64,000 nucleotides of DNA from Octopus sinensis (taxonomy: Eukaryota). Positions 51,386 to 63,940 of this stretch are shown here, in pieces. A model generated the notes under the pieces. That model was not told the origin of the DNA and ran no database searches. It was given only the letters and a program-made list of their open reading frames with translations. Both the position numbers and the translations under genes were made by a program. The DNA is taken from contig NC_043000.1 of assembly GCF_006345805.1 (NCBI RefSeq), positions 131,812,001-131,876,000 on the forward strand, read 5' to 3'. The first letter of the stretch is position 1; the number at the start of each line of letters is the position of its first letter.

Positions 51386-51534
51386 ACCTATCCATTCTTG
51401 TTGCTTCTTTCTCGCTTATAATCACCCCACATTACTGTACTGTTAAATCAGTATAGTTTTTTTTTGGTGCATCTAAGTTAGGTACCATATTCAAGTAAAT
51501 TCATTTAAATTAACTTGAATCTTTATTGCTCTTT

Positions 51535-52083
<549 letters not shown>

Positions 52084-52085
<2 letters not shown>

Positions 52086-53810
52086 GTACTTTTCTACAAG
52101 CGTGGTCCCGGTGCTAGCTAGTCATGACAAGTCGATCTTACAAAAACTACATAACGCGAGTGCGCGATTAAAAATCACACTCGCATGCGCTAGACATGTA
52201 TGAGGTTTTTTTTAACAAATAATTTATTTTTTAACAAAGAAAATAAAACACAAAGTAAGTAATTTCTTTTGTTGAGTCTTTTGTTTACTTTGTTTAAGAC
52301 AAAACCCATTTTATTTCATATATATTCAGCCATTATATACATATATTATTATGCGCGCATCTGTTAATTTGCATACTCGCGCTAGGTAGTTGTAGAAGGA
52401 TCGACCAGTCACGACGGACTAGCACGAGTGCGTGCACCGGGACCATTCTTTTTGAGTAGTACCTTTGGTAGAGTATGGAGGACTGGTTATGTGGTCATGC
52501 TGCCTCTAATTTTTATTTAATCCCCCTGCAATGCTTCTAGATGTCTCACCAACGTATGTAATGTTCTTGTCTTTACAAGCACCCCACAACAAAATCTCTG
52601 TCTATAGATGGGTAGAGGCGAATTATATCCATTCTACCCTGACACAACTTGTGAGGTGTTCAGAGGGTTTGCAGCTATTGATTCTACTGAGGAGATCCTC
52701 CCTGCTCACAAAGACATGTGTCGCCGTTTCCGTGAGTGGTTGTAACCCCTGTGAGAGGAAGGAGAATAATTAACGTTGTCCCTTTTTTTAATGAAGGACT
52801 CATGAAATTGTAAGATGTATTTGGAGTCAGGATTTTGCTCCATGAGCCGACTACTTTTTGGGGTTTATAAAATATTAATGTTGATGATAATAATAATAAT
52901 AATAATGATTTTTCTTTTTGTATTTTTAAATATAAAACCTAAAATTTGTAGGAAGGGGACAACTTAATTTTAGGGACTTGAGTGCTCTACTGCTTCTTTT
53001 ATTTACCTCGAAAGGATGGAAGTCGACCTGAGTGGAAGTCATACTTTGAAAGTAAAGACGTTTGAGGCACCAACCCATGACAGACGAAATATAAAGAGGG
53101 ACCTTCACTGTGGGCTAGCTAGCAAGCTGGTCTTCAGAGAAGGGACTCCTGGTTAGGTGGGAGGGGCATCTGGATGCTCAAATGATTGATCTTACTCGCC
53201 CTCACAGTGTGTACCTGATTGAAGAGAAATAAACAATGCACAGACACACTCCCTTTCTTGATTGCTTTTATCTCTAGTTTGACAAAGCTATTTACGAATT
53301 AAATGCTGTTAAGCAATTAACCCGGCATCTTAGTGATTCTGCCAGTATTTAATATTGTAGCAAGACAGGAAAGCTATTTTAGTTGTGACACCATAGCACT
53401 GTTCTGCTATGTCATTCTCCAGCCCATCAGGGTAGGCACCTATGGATCCTAGTACCCATGAAGAGAAGTGGGAGTTTTAATTAGTTGGCGGAAAGGTGGC
53501 AGACGAGTAACAATGCTTCTTTATCATTAACTCTGATCACTTCATAAACAGCCCATTTCACTTGTGGCAACTTTGCTCTGCGAAATTCTGGATGGCATCA
53601 ATTCACTACTCTGGCCATGTTATGCCCACTATATTTTCGTTTTGGCTAGCTCCATTCCCATTAGCTTCTAACACCTTCCAACTCAATCTACTTATGCAAG
53701 TATGGACAGTAAATGCATGACAATGGTAGTGATATAAAATCTGCAATGTTAAATTACTTATGTTGGTGAACTATCCAGTTTTATCTTACTGCTTCTTTTC
53801 CTATTTCAGA
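52084..53810 (+). promoter_or_regulatory. Block Y upstream of ZNF 54083
   Basis: Modules at 52100-52168 (-) and 52368-52445 (+); candidate donor GTAAGT at 52255; acceptor TTTCAG at ~53808. Confidence 0.7.
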
Positions 53811-54082
53811 ATATCACATGTTGATGTGAAGGAAATCTCTCCATTCAGAAGTGTCTTTGATATTCTCATCACCTAAAGGAAGACAGTATATTTGTAAGGA
53901 GCATTCATGAATAAGTCTACCTCTGTATATAAATACAATCTATAACAAGGAACAGCAAAATATTTTTCTTTCTGTGGAATGTATGGAAGAAACATTACAT
54001 TAAATTGTTATCTGAATGAAGTGACAAAAGTGAACAGAAATATATTCATGGAAATGAAAAACACTTTATCATTGTGAATTGT

Positions 54083-55162
54083 ATGATAAGTAATTCTCTC
54101 ATAATGAATAATTTAACTGAATCAGAAAATCTTGATAAAGAGGAAAAGCCATATCACTGGAATATCTGTGGAAAATCATTTTCTTACAATAGTGACATTG
54201 TTAGACACAAAAGTACACATACGGGAGCGAAACCATATCATTGTGAGATCTGTGGTAAATCATTCTCTCGTAATAGTCATTTGGTTACTCACAATCGCAT
54301 TCATACTGGTGAGAAACCTTATCATTGTGATATCTGTGGTAAATCATTCTCTCAAAGCTCTCAGTTGACTAATCACAAGCCTAGACATAGTGGTGAGAAA
54401 CCTCATCATTGTGATATCTGTGGTAAATCATTCTGTCTAAATAGTCACTTGACTAGGCACAGAAGTATTCATACAGGTGAGAGACCATATCATTGTGATA
54501 TCTGTGGTAAATCATTCTCTCAAAGCAGTATTTTGACTTCACACAAACGTACACATACGGGAGAGAAGCCGTATCATTGTGATATCTGTGGTAAATCATT
54601 CTCTCAAAGCAATATCTTGACTTTACACAAACGTATTCATACAGGAGAGAAGCCATATCATTGTGATATCTGTGGTAAATCATTCTCTCAAAGCACTCAA
54701 TTGACTGATCACATACGTACACATACTGGTGAGAAACCTTATCATTGTGATATCTGTGGTAAATCATTCTCTCATAATAGTTATTTGGTTACTCACAATC
54801 GCCTTCATACTGGTGAGAAACCTTATCACTGTGATATCTGTGGTAAATCATTCTCGTCTAATACTCAACTGCTTGTTCACAAACGCATTCATACAGGAGA
54901 GAAACCATATCGTTGTGATGTCTGTGGTAAATCATTCTCTTGTAAAAGTAATTTGGTTACTCACAATCGCCTTCATACAGGAGAGAAACCGTATCATTGT
55001 GAGATCTGTGGTAAATCATTCTCTCGAAATAGTCATTTGGTTACTCACAATCGCCTTCATACTGGTGAGAAACCTTATCATTGTGAGATCTGTGGTAAAT
55101 CATTCTCTCAAAGCACTCACTTGACTAATCACAAGCCTACACATGCAGGAGAGAAGGCATAA
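54083..55162 (+). CDS. C2H2 zinc-finger protein, 12 fingers (first degenerate, C to W)
   Basis: ORF 54074-55162; first ATG at 54083. Confidence 0.9.
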   Translation: MISNSLIMNNLTESENLDKEEKPYHWNICGKSFSYNSDIVRHKSTHTGAKPYHCEICGKSFSRNSHLVTHNRIHTGEKPYHCDICGKSFSQSSQLTNHKPRHSGEKPHHCDICGKSFCLNSHLTRHRSIHTGERPYHCDICGKSFSQSSILTSHKRTHTGEKPYHCDICGKSFSQSNILTLHKRIHTGEKPYHCDICGKSFSQSTQLTDHIRTHTGEKPYHCDICGKSFSHNSYLVTHNRLHTGEKPYHCDICGKSFSSNTQLLVHKRIHTGEKPYRCDVCGKSFSCKSNLVTHNRLHTGEKPYHCEICGKSFSRNSHLVTHNRLHTGEKPYHCEICGKSFSQSTHLTNHKPTHAGEKA

Positions 55163-55992
55163 TCCCGCATTAGTTGTTGCAATTCATTTTTTGCAAATGG
55201 TGTTGTAACTACACACGAAAATCTTCATACCAGACACAACCTATGTAATGGTCGTGTCTGTGTTAAAGCATTCTCTCATAGACCTAACTTAACTCTACAT
55301 GAACGAATCCCTACATGAGAGTTGCCATGGCAGTGTGACGTGTGTGGCAAATCATTCTCTCAAAAAAGCCACATGCATAAACATGTGGGTATTCAGACAT
55401 GTTACTGTCTCAATGTCAAAATTTATTACGTCATAACAATAATTAACACTGTTTGGTCTGCTAAAACACAGGCTTTTTCCTTTCATCAGTTATAGGAATT
55501 TCTTAATAAAGACTAATGAATAAAATATTTATTTTGTGCTTGTATTTTTTGCTCTATATCTGGACCCTGTTCCCTTTCTACCTTAAACCTGTCAACTGGC
55601 ACAATGTGACGTTCCTTCAATACTATCTTCCTCCCTGCCAGTTTTGAGCTATTTTGTCTTGCAAGGTCCTTGGGGACCCTGTCGGTTTTGTTGTCACATA
55701 GAATTCGCTGGTGAGGGTCCCAGGAAAAGGGCAATTGTGCTGGTGCTGGACCCATATCACAAGCCCTGGTCACAGCAGCTCGTCCCTGGAAAAAAAGCAC
55801 TGGTGATAATGATGGGACACAAAAAGGAGCATTGATGGTGGTGTCACATCAGAAGACATTTGATGGTGACCTGTAAAATGCATGTATAAGGGGCTCATGT
55901 TATAAGCACAGGTGCTAGTGCCAACTGAGAGGCACTGGTGATGGTGTCCCATAAAAACAAAGCACCCAGTGCTCTCTGTAAAAGGGTTGACA

Positions 55993-56160
55993 TAGGCGCA
56001 GGAGTGGCTGTGTGGTAAGTAGCTTGCTTACCAACCACATGGTTCCGGGTTCAGTCCCCCTGCGTGGCACCTTGGGCAAGTGTCTTCTACTATAGCCTTG
56101 GGCCGACCAAAGCCTTGTGAGTGGATTTGGTAGACGGAAACTGAAAGAAGCCCGTCGTAT
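55993..56160 (+). mobile_element. tRNA-derived SINE, 5' half; a second copy is split at 56176-56214 / 58266-58440
   Basis: SINE head sequence. Confidence 0.82.
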
Positions 56161-56214
56161 ATATATATATATACATAGGCGCAGGAGTGGCTGTGTGGTA
56201 GGTAGCTTGCTAAC

Positions 56215-58265
56215 TGTCACCGAAGTCGCATGTGTTTTTTTGGCGGGGAGTTGCTGCTTGATGTCGCGTTGTTCGTGAAATATTGAATTTGTTAGGCATT
56301 TGTTTTATATTTTTGAGGGCCTAGTGGAGTTTGTTGCTCTGTATTTAATATTTTTCAGTGAGTAATAGACTCCACTCTGCTCCGAACATTTACCTGCCTG
56401 TGGCCGCCTTGAGAGACTCACTTTACAGTGAGAATTGTGTTTTTGAAGATGTGTAGTCCCTCTGCAAAAATTAATTTGTTTTGAAATTGTCTTTGTGTTT
56501 TCCACTGGATTTACCACGGAGTACCAAGGATTCTTTTTGCAAGGTATTTTACCAATTGGACATTTGGCCGAAAAAAATTAATTTCTTTGTCTGGATTTGA
56601 ACTCTCTTCTTCGAGCTATCGTTTATTTTTTTTTTTTTAAATAACTTTTTTGAACTGCTATTTCTATTTTTATTTCTTCCCTTCTGTTGTGTTTTTCATT
56701 CTCCTTTTTGTGTGTTATTTTCTTTTCTTATATTTTGAACTGTAATTGAACTTTGTGTTAAAAGGAATTTCTTGTGTAGGAGTTGACACCTCCCAAAAAA
56801 TATTTAAAAGAGATGGAGGAGAAGACCGTGGTGTTGAGGACTTATTCGAAGTCGCTCGACACCATAGCCGTCTTTCCGAAGGCTCCAATTTTGAACAAGC
56901 TGGCAGACTACATGCCAGCCATTAAATTTATTGCAAGGGGAGTGAAATATGCAACGGTACGGTTGCTATTTGATTCCTCCCAAGAAGCTTGTGATTTTGC
57001 AAGTCAGCCCCTCGAGGGTGAGGAAATATTGTTTCTTCCAAGCTACTGTGGAAAGAAACTATTGAAGGCTTGGATATGCGGACTGCCACCCGGAGTTGAG
57101 CCCGAGTGGACAGAGGACTCTATCCACCGGGGTCTGGGTGGTAGCAGCGCCAAGCTGCTGAATGTAAAAGTGTTGCCTGCGGCTGATTGGGAGGGGTCGA
57201 AAGCTGTTTTGACCCTCTGGACCCAATCAACCGAAAGTCTGGTTTTTCCAGATTTCTTGAGGATGGCCGGGTCCAGGTATCCGGTGATGCTTGAGGGATG
57301 CCCCCCCAAGTGTCACCTGTGCCTGGAGACCGGCCACATTAAGAAGAACTGCCCCAGGGACCAAAGTAGGATCCTGGAGCAGGAAAAAGAGAAAGTGCAC
57401 GCCACCCCTTCATTGGAGGGGGAGACGGTGGAAGTCGTGGAGGAAGCTGCCTCCATGAAAAGAAAAAGAACGGTGAGCACCAATGGTTGGTCACCAAAGA
57501 ACGTACAGGCAGAGGAGGAGGATAGTGACCCCCTGCGTCCAGCGATGGAGCCCCCTGGGCTCGTAGTCTCAAAATGAAAGAGGAACAGAGGACGGGCGGC
57601 GAGTGTTCCTAGGCCGCCGCTGGAGCCACAGGTGAGATGTGGGCCACCTGCAGATAAGGCTCCGTCAGTGGGAAGTGTGCCACTGACGGATCAGTGTGAG
57701 GCCCCTTCCTGTGAAGAGGAATGGTTTATCCTCCTTTACCACAAGGGAGGGAAGGTGAAAAAATTTTTGAACGGCTTGGATGACTGAGAATGTATGAACA
57801 TGGTCTGCACAAGTAGTCCGTTATGGCCTTCGCAGGTGGCTGCGGAGGTAGTAACGGAAAATATTTTGTCAGAGGTCGCAGCGACCTTTAACAGGAAAGA
57901 ATTTGCAGGCCTCGACTCGTCGTCGCAGAGTTGTCTGCAGGTGGCAAGGCACTTTGCTTCAGGGACCTGACAGGGCGAATTGTTGTGAATTTATGTGCTG
58001 CCCTTGTGGCAAATTAAATGAATGAAAGAAGTTTGTAAGAGGTTTTAGTGCCTCCTTTGTGTAAGAGTTTTGAAGCCTCATATCGATTTTTTGAAAATAA
58101 AGAAAAAGGAACATTGTTTTAGAGAAGCGAAGGTCGGCGGGCGCTTTTCGTCTTCTCCCATCATCATCATTTTTGCATTACCATCATTCATATCATTAAT
58201 GTCTATGTCCAGCCTGCAAAGCTGCTATCTGTGTAATGCCCTTATGGCAAATTAGATGAAATAAA
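56215..58265 (+). mobile_element. ORF1-only Tx1/L1-like non-LTR element (HAL1-like) with ~13-bp TSD
   Basis: GTAGCTTGCT(A/T)AC at 56202-56214 and 58266-58278; long 5' UTR; gag-like ORF; ends in AATAAA; no APE or RT motifs seen. Confidence 0.72.
56813..57577 (+). CDS. LINE ORF1p-like protein with a CCHC zinc knuckle (CHLCLETGHIKKNC)
   Basis: Tx1-type pattern FPDFLRMAG..YPV..EG.P.KC; may once have extended to ~57970. Confidence 0.75.
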   Translation: MEEKTVVLRTYSKSLDTIAVFPKAPILNKLADYMPAIKFIARGVKYATVRLLFDSSQEACDFASQPLEGEEILFLPSYCGKKLLKAWICGLPPGVEPEWTEDSIHRGLGGSSAKLLNVKVLPAADWEGSKAVLTLWTQSTESLVFPDFLRMAGSRYPVMLEGCPPKCHLCLETGHIKKNCPRDQSRILEQEKEKVHATPSLEGETVEVVEEAASMKRKRTVSTNGWSPKNVQAEEEDSDPLRPAMEPPGLVVSK

Positions 58266-59377
58266 GTAGCTTGCTTACTAACCACATGGTTCCGGGTTCA
58301 GTCCCACTGTGTGGCACCTTGGGGAAGTGTCTTCTACTATAGCCTTGGGCCGACCAAAGCCTTGTGAGTGGATTTGGTAGATGGAAACTGAAAGAAGCCT
58401 GTTGTATATATGTGTATATATATGTGTGTGCGAGCCCTCTAACTGAAAAATTGTTGATTTGTATAAAGAACACACACACAGAGACATTTTGCCGTTTATA
58501 TATAGAGAGATTTCTTGCCCGCAAGAGATTATGTCCAATCTTTCGTATTCTACTGTAGGTCTTCCCAAATCATGATCATAGGAAAAGTTGTTGCCAGTTT
58601 TTATCAACAAAAACAAAGCTGATAAATATGCACAGGTGTTGCAAAATAAGTTTAATTACCAATAAACATCAACTTGGATGACACTTTACTCAACTGACAG
58701 AGGAAGGTGTCCAATCAAACTGATTATGTAAACAAAATTCTGATTGGTCGAAAGTGTCTTCTTGTCTCAAGCTCTGATTTTCTGCCTATCCTTGTTGGGA
58801 CCTTTAATATGGAGTATCGAAATTTTAATCCCTTTCACACTTCTAAAATGTCAAACAAACTTTAAAATTTGACACAACTGTTTTAGCCGGGAGACAAAAC
58901 TGATAGTTTGGTAACCTGCTGAAATAAACAATAAAAATCGAAAGGAGAAAATAAACAGCTTTGCAAGTTTAACTCAGTGTTTATTGAACAAGAGAGGTGG
59001 GAAATTTAAGAAGTGACTTGTTAGAATATACACGTCTGTGAGGAGACATGAACAAGAATAGTAAAGATCTACAATACCAAAAGAACTGCTAATACATAAA
59101 TTACAAGTGTTCTATGAAGAGAACATAAGACTGCTGCATAATTCAACATGAATGTGAAATGACATTAAACATTGTATAAGGTAAATGAAGGTTTCTGTAG
59201 GAAAAAATAGGGGATTAAATAACGGTTATCACCCTTCCTCTGTTATATTTTGGGGTATAAATTAAAATTAATATTGTTAATTTCTTTACAACTAGATTTC
59301 ATATCTACATTAGTAAAGTTAACATAAGATTGAATGGAATATACACATCTATATATATATACATACATACAAATATA

Positions 59378-60150
59378 CAGGGTGGACCAAAATGACCTGA
59401 CACATTTGCGGGGTTAATAAAAGCACAAAATAAGTAATAATGAAAAGAAAAATTTTATTTTCTGAATGTACATATAATGCCATTTTATTTCATTAAGTTT
59501 TAAAAATTAAATCAGCTAAATGCCTCCCATCATTGTCAACACACTGTTGGAGACGTCCATGAAAGTTACCGATAACTCTATGGATCATTTCTCCTGGAAG
59601 GGTTGCAATTTCTTCACAAATTGCACGTTTTAATTCATCAATAGATCGAAGGCGATGACTGAATACTTTTGATTTTAACCCTTTTGTTACTGTATTTATT
59701 TTGAGATGTTCTGTGTTTCTTTCAATTACTTTAAATATAACAAAGAATTTAGTAAAATAACTTAGTCATCATTCAGCTTGTATTAGGAACATAAATTGTG
59801 ACTAAGGTTTGGTGGAAGATTTTAATTGAAACCTTAAGAAAACAAGACATTTGTACAACAGAGCCAGAGCCGGTTTCAGCTGGGTTGGTAACAAAAGGGT
59901 TAAATATCCCCACAAGAAGAAACCACATTTCACCATTCCAGAAGAAATGATCCGTAGAGTTATCGATAACTTTCATGAACGTCTCCAACAGTGTGTTGAC
60001 AATGATGGGAGGCATTTAGCTGATTTAATTTTTAAAACTTAATGAAATAAAATGGCATTATATGTACATTCAGAAAATAAAATTTTTCTTTTCATTATTA
60101 CTTATTTTGTGCTTTTATTAAGCCTCCAAATGCGTCAGATCATTTTGGTC
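59378..60150. mobile_element. Tc1/mariner derivative made of two inverted 3' ends
   Basis: TA-CAGGGTGG terminus; minus strand reads FFLWGYLKSKVF...IDELK...RLQQCVDNDGRHL; the plus arm repeats the end of this. Confidence 0.8.
59679..59899. mobile_element. piggyBac-type MITE, 221 bp, TTAA TSD
   Basis: TTAA-CCCTTTTGTTAC...GTAACAAAAGGG-TTAA; removing it restores the mariner WGYLKSK frame. Confidence 0.9.
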
Positions 60151-60163
60151 TATATATATATAT

Positions 60164-60550
60164 GGCTGTGTGGTAAGTAGCTTGCTAACCAACCACATGG
60201 TTCCGGCTTCAGTCCCACTGCGTGGCATCTTAGGCAAGTGTCTTCTGCTATAACCCCGGGCCGACCAACGCCTTGTGAGTGGATTTGGTAGACGGAAACT
60301 GAAAGAAGCCTGTCGTATATATGTATATGTGTGCGTGTATGTTTTTGTGTCTGTGTTTGTCCCCCTAGCATTGCTTGACAACTGATGCTGGTGTGTTTAT
60401 GTCCCCATAACTTAGCAGTTCGGCAAAAGAGACCGATAGAATAAGTACTGGGCTTACAAAAGAATAAGTCCCGGCGTCGATTTGCTCGACTGAAGGCGGT
60501 GCTCCAGCATGGCCGTAGTCAAATGACTGAAACAAGTAAAAGAGTAAAGA
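60164..60550 (+). mobile_element. tRNA-derived SINE
   Basis: Same family. Confidence 0.85.
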
Positions 60551-61086
60551 GTATATATAGAGAAATGGATGGTGTTGCAGATGTATGAGGACATACACAA
60601 AAGGTAGTGGTGGTGGGGGAATATTAGTGGTGCAGAGGATAGAGGGGGATGTTTCATAGAAGTGTGAGGGGCTTATGAATGTGTGTGTTATTATATCCTT
60701 GGTTTGAGACTGTGTGATAGTTGTGGGTGTCACTGCCATGCAAGCAATGTCCATCGCCAATCTGCCACAAAAACATGTCAGGTCACTGGAAAATATTTTA
60801 GTTTGAAACAGGTGAAGGTTGGCAACAGGAAGGGCATCTGGACAGTAAAAATTCACATCAATAAATTTCATCTCACCAATGAGAGATTGGCAAATGTGGA
60901 CATGGAGAACAATGATGACAGATGACTGGTATGGTTTGTCTCTCATGAAGGTTTAAGGAAGTAGTTACGCTGCTTCTATAAGCAAACGATTCACCACAAA
61001 TATCACAATGATATGGCTTCTCTCATGTATGAAAACGTTTGAGACTAGACAAAGTGCTGTTTTTGGAAAATGATTTACCACAGGTA

Positions 61087-62145
61087 TTACAGTGATGTGA
61101 CTTCTTTTGTATGAATGCGTCTGTGCCTAGTCAGGTAACTATTTTGAGAAAATGACTCACAACAAATATCACAATGATATGGTCCCGCTCCTGTATGAAT
61201 ACGCTGGTGAGCAGTTACATGATTACTTCTAGAGAAAGATTTACCACAGATATCACAATGATATGGCTTCTCACCTGTATGTGTACGTTTGTGTATGGTT
61301 AAGTACCCACTTCCAGAGAAAGATTTACCACAGATATCACAATGATATGGCTTCTCACCTGTATGTGTACGTTTGTGCATGGTTAAGTTCCCACTTCCAG
61401 AGAAGGATTTACCACAGATATCACACCGATATGGTTTCTCTCCTGTATGAATGCGTTTGTGCCTAGTCAGTTGACTATTTTGAGAAAATGATTTACCACA
61501 GATATCACAATGATATGGCTTCTTTCCTGAATGAATGCATTTGTGAACAGTCAAGTGACCATTTTGAGAAAATGATTTACCACAGATATCACAATGATAT
61601 GGCTTCTCTCCTGTATGAATGCGTTTGTGAATAGATAAGTAACCATTTTCAGAAAATGATTTACCACAGATATCACACTGATATGGCTTCTTTGCTGTAT
61701 GAACACGCTTGTGCCTAGTTAAGTTGCTAGTGACAGAGAAGGATTTACCACAGATATCACAATGATATGGCTTCTCACCTGTATGTGTACGTTTGTGATT
61801 GGTTAAGTCCCCACTTCCAGAGAAAGATTTACCACAGATATCACACTGATATGGCTTCTCTCCTGAATGAATGCGTTTGTGCCTAGTTAAGTTACTAGTG
61901 ACAGAGAAGGATTTACCACAGGTATCACAATGATATGATATTTTGCCCTGTTCATTCTTCTCCTCATTAGAAAAATCAATTTCTTCAGACTCTCTTTTAC
62001 ATTCAACTTCACTCCAATACAATTCATTTTCCATAATTTTCCTTTCTCTCGTCACAGTACACAAATGTTTTCCTTCTTCTCGTGTATTGCTCTTCAGAAA
62101 TATTTCTACTGATATATCTCCATCAAAAGTGATCTTTGTTAATAT
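61087..62145 (-). CDS. C2H2 zinc-finger protein, 10 fingers, acidic N-terminal leader; distinct subfamily
   Basis: ORF 61087-62160; acceptor-like TTCAG ending at 62146; first in-exon ATG at 62034. Confidence 0.88.
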   Translation of the reverse strand: MLTKITFDGDISVEIFLKSNTREEGKHLCTVTRERKIMENELYWSEVECKRESEEIDFSNEEKNEQGKISYHCDTCGKSFSVTSNLTRHKRIHSGEKPYQCDICGKSFSGSGDLTNHKRTHTGEKPYHCDICGKSFSVTSNLTRHKRVHTAKKPYQCDICGKSFSENGYLSIHKRIHTGEKPYHCDICGKSFSQNGHLTVHKCIHSGKKPYHCDICGKSFSQNSQLTRHKRIHTGEKPYRCDICGKSFSGSGNLTMHKRTHTGEKPYHCDICGKSFSGSGYLTIHKRTHTGEKPYHCDICGKSFSRSNHVTAHQRIHTGAGPYHCDICCESFSQNSYLTRHRRIHTKEVTSL

Positions 62146-63312
62146 CTGAAGATGCTGCAAACTGCCTTCTTAATTGCTTTAACTCATTAACATTCAGATT
62201 ACTGTCAAATGTAATGCTTATTTATTCAAATTCTTCCGAATTAATCATTCATTATCTTATTGCTTTAAGATTTCAACAATGTGATTCTTTATGTTTATAT
62301 GACATTGCAGGGTGAGTTTAAGATGCCAGATGCGGCCAATTTTAACATAGAATATGCAGAATATTTGGGAATGGCATGCCCAGTTCAAATGTTAAAGGAT
62401 TAATTCAAATACAAATATAATTTTCTGTGCATTCCAGACAATAAAGAAGAGAAATTTTGCTACATATATGTCAGAGTTCAGAAGATATATTTTGCAGTAA
62501 TTCAGTATATATTTATAGAAACACGGTTATACGTGTTATAAGTAAGATGTTCAATACTAATGATGTAGTTTATATAAAATTCCTGTGATGCTGAGGTCAT
62601 CTGATAATCTGAAACGAAAGAGAAACAACAGTGTAAAACATACAAGATAATTAGGAATTAGATTAAAACTGAAAGTTTTACTACATTTTTTTATAGACAT
62701 GTCCATAGACGTGCAGGGATGGTTGTGTGGTAAGAATTTTGATTCCCAACACACAAATCTAATAAGCACACCCATTTTCTTCCTTCATTTCACTCCTTTC
62801 TTGAATTCCCAAGATTCCCTGTCACCATCCAATTCCATTAACGTGAATTTCAATTTGAATGCTTGAGACATTGTGAATCTTTCATTAGCTGATTACACAA
62901 ACATGGATATGTTGCAGTTACTCTCTTCATAGAGCCTGGAGATCCTGACCCCTGAACTACAAGGTTCCCTCTGCCCAGCATCAATATAAGAAGCATTGTT
63001 AGTTCAGCTGAGTTCTTCTGCTGCTTCTTCACAAACTGCCATGCTGCAGTCCCAAAGTCACAGAGTACCCCAGGCTAAAAAATGGTTAGAAATCACAACC
63101 GTTCATTTATTTATATTTTATTTGGAAAATATAAAGTGGACCTCGGCGGAATTTGAACTCAGAAACTAATAATAATAATGGTAAATTAATTATGTGCAAT
63201 ACTTAATTAACAAATTCTCCACCACCCATTCAATGTGACGTATGTCAGTTATGTGGGGGTAGGAACCCAGCAAATGTATTTCATCATATTAAATTCCAAT
63301 ATAATCCTGGTA

Positions 63313-63388
63313 TTAGTCGCGTAGACTGGACCCGGTGCGCGCATCCGCGCTAGCCAGTCGTAGGTAGTCGATCCTACAGCGACTTGCG
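63313..63388 (-). promoter_or_regulatory. CpG-rich upstream module shared with block Y
   Basis: AGGATCGAC.....ACGAC...CTAGC.....TGCGCGCACCGGGTCCA on the gene strand. Confidence 0.55.
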
Positions 63389-63480
63389 AAAAAATGTGAA
63401 AAAAAAAAGGGGGGGGACGTGCGGAAATCTTGCCAACAAAGTTTGCAAACTTGTGTCGGTTTGTCTTCATTAAAAGAAAC

Positions 63481-63576
63481 GGCACTGTCATGCTTTTAGT
63501 TGTCAGGAGGAAAGTAGAAAAAGTGACGTCAGATTTTTCTACTTTCACTTCTGACAACTAAAAGTATGACAGTGCC
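63481..63576. repeat. 96-bp hairpin/MITE centred on TGACGTCA
   Basis: GGCACTGTCAT...ATGACAGTGCC arms of ~42 bp. Confidence 0.7.
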
Positions 63577-63589
63577 CAGGAACAAATAC

Positions 63590-63940
63590 TACAAAATATT
63601 GTCTGCGACACTTCGCTAATTCTTTAGGAAGGGAGATAACTGTCGCGTTAGTTGAAAATATGTTCAGTCATATTCCTTCGAAGTCTAATGCATAACTTTA
63701 AAAGACAAAAAATTCATATAGTCAGTGGGCCAAAATGTATTTGCTGGTTTAGCTAGATCTTCTAATGAATATAAAAAGGATGCCTAGGTAGTCTTTGTAG
63801 GTGCTAGGTAAATGAAGACTTAAATGACAGTAAAAATGAGAAGGAAAATAGGAAAATTTCATAAGCTGTAATAAAAACGAAGTTAAATTAGGCAGAGCTT
63901 CGGTAGTAGTAAAAAAAAAACAAAAAAAAAACAAAAGGAA
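63590..63940. repeat. 5S intergenic spacer lacking the Academ insert
   Basis: Joins homologs of 2280-2441 and 4374-4587. Confidence 0.88.

Larger units (their letters stand above)
50205..51416. repeat. Spacerless near-perfect palindrome, arms ~605 bp, centre 50808/50809
   Basis: GGCTGTAG|CTACAGCC centre; arms differ only by a few small indels. Confidence 0.95.
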
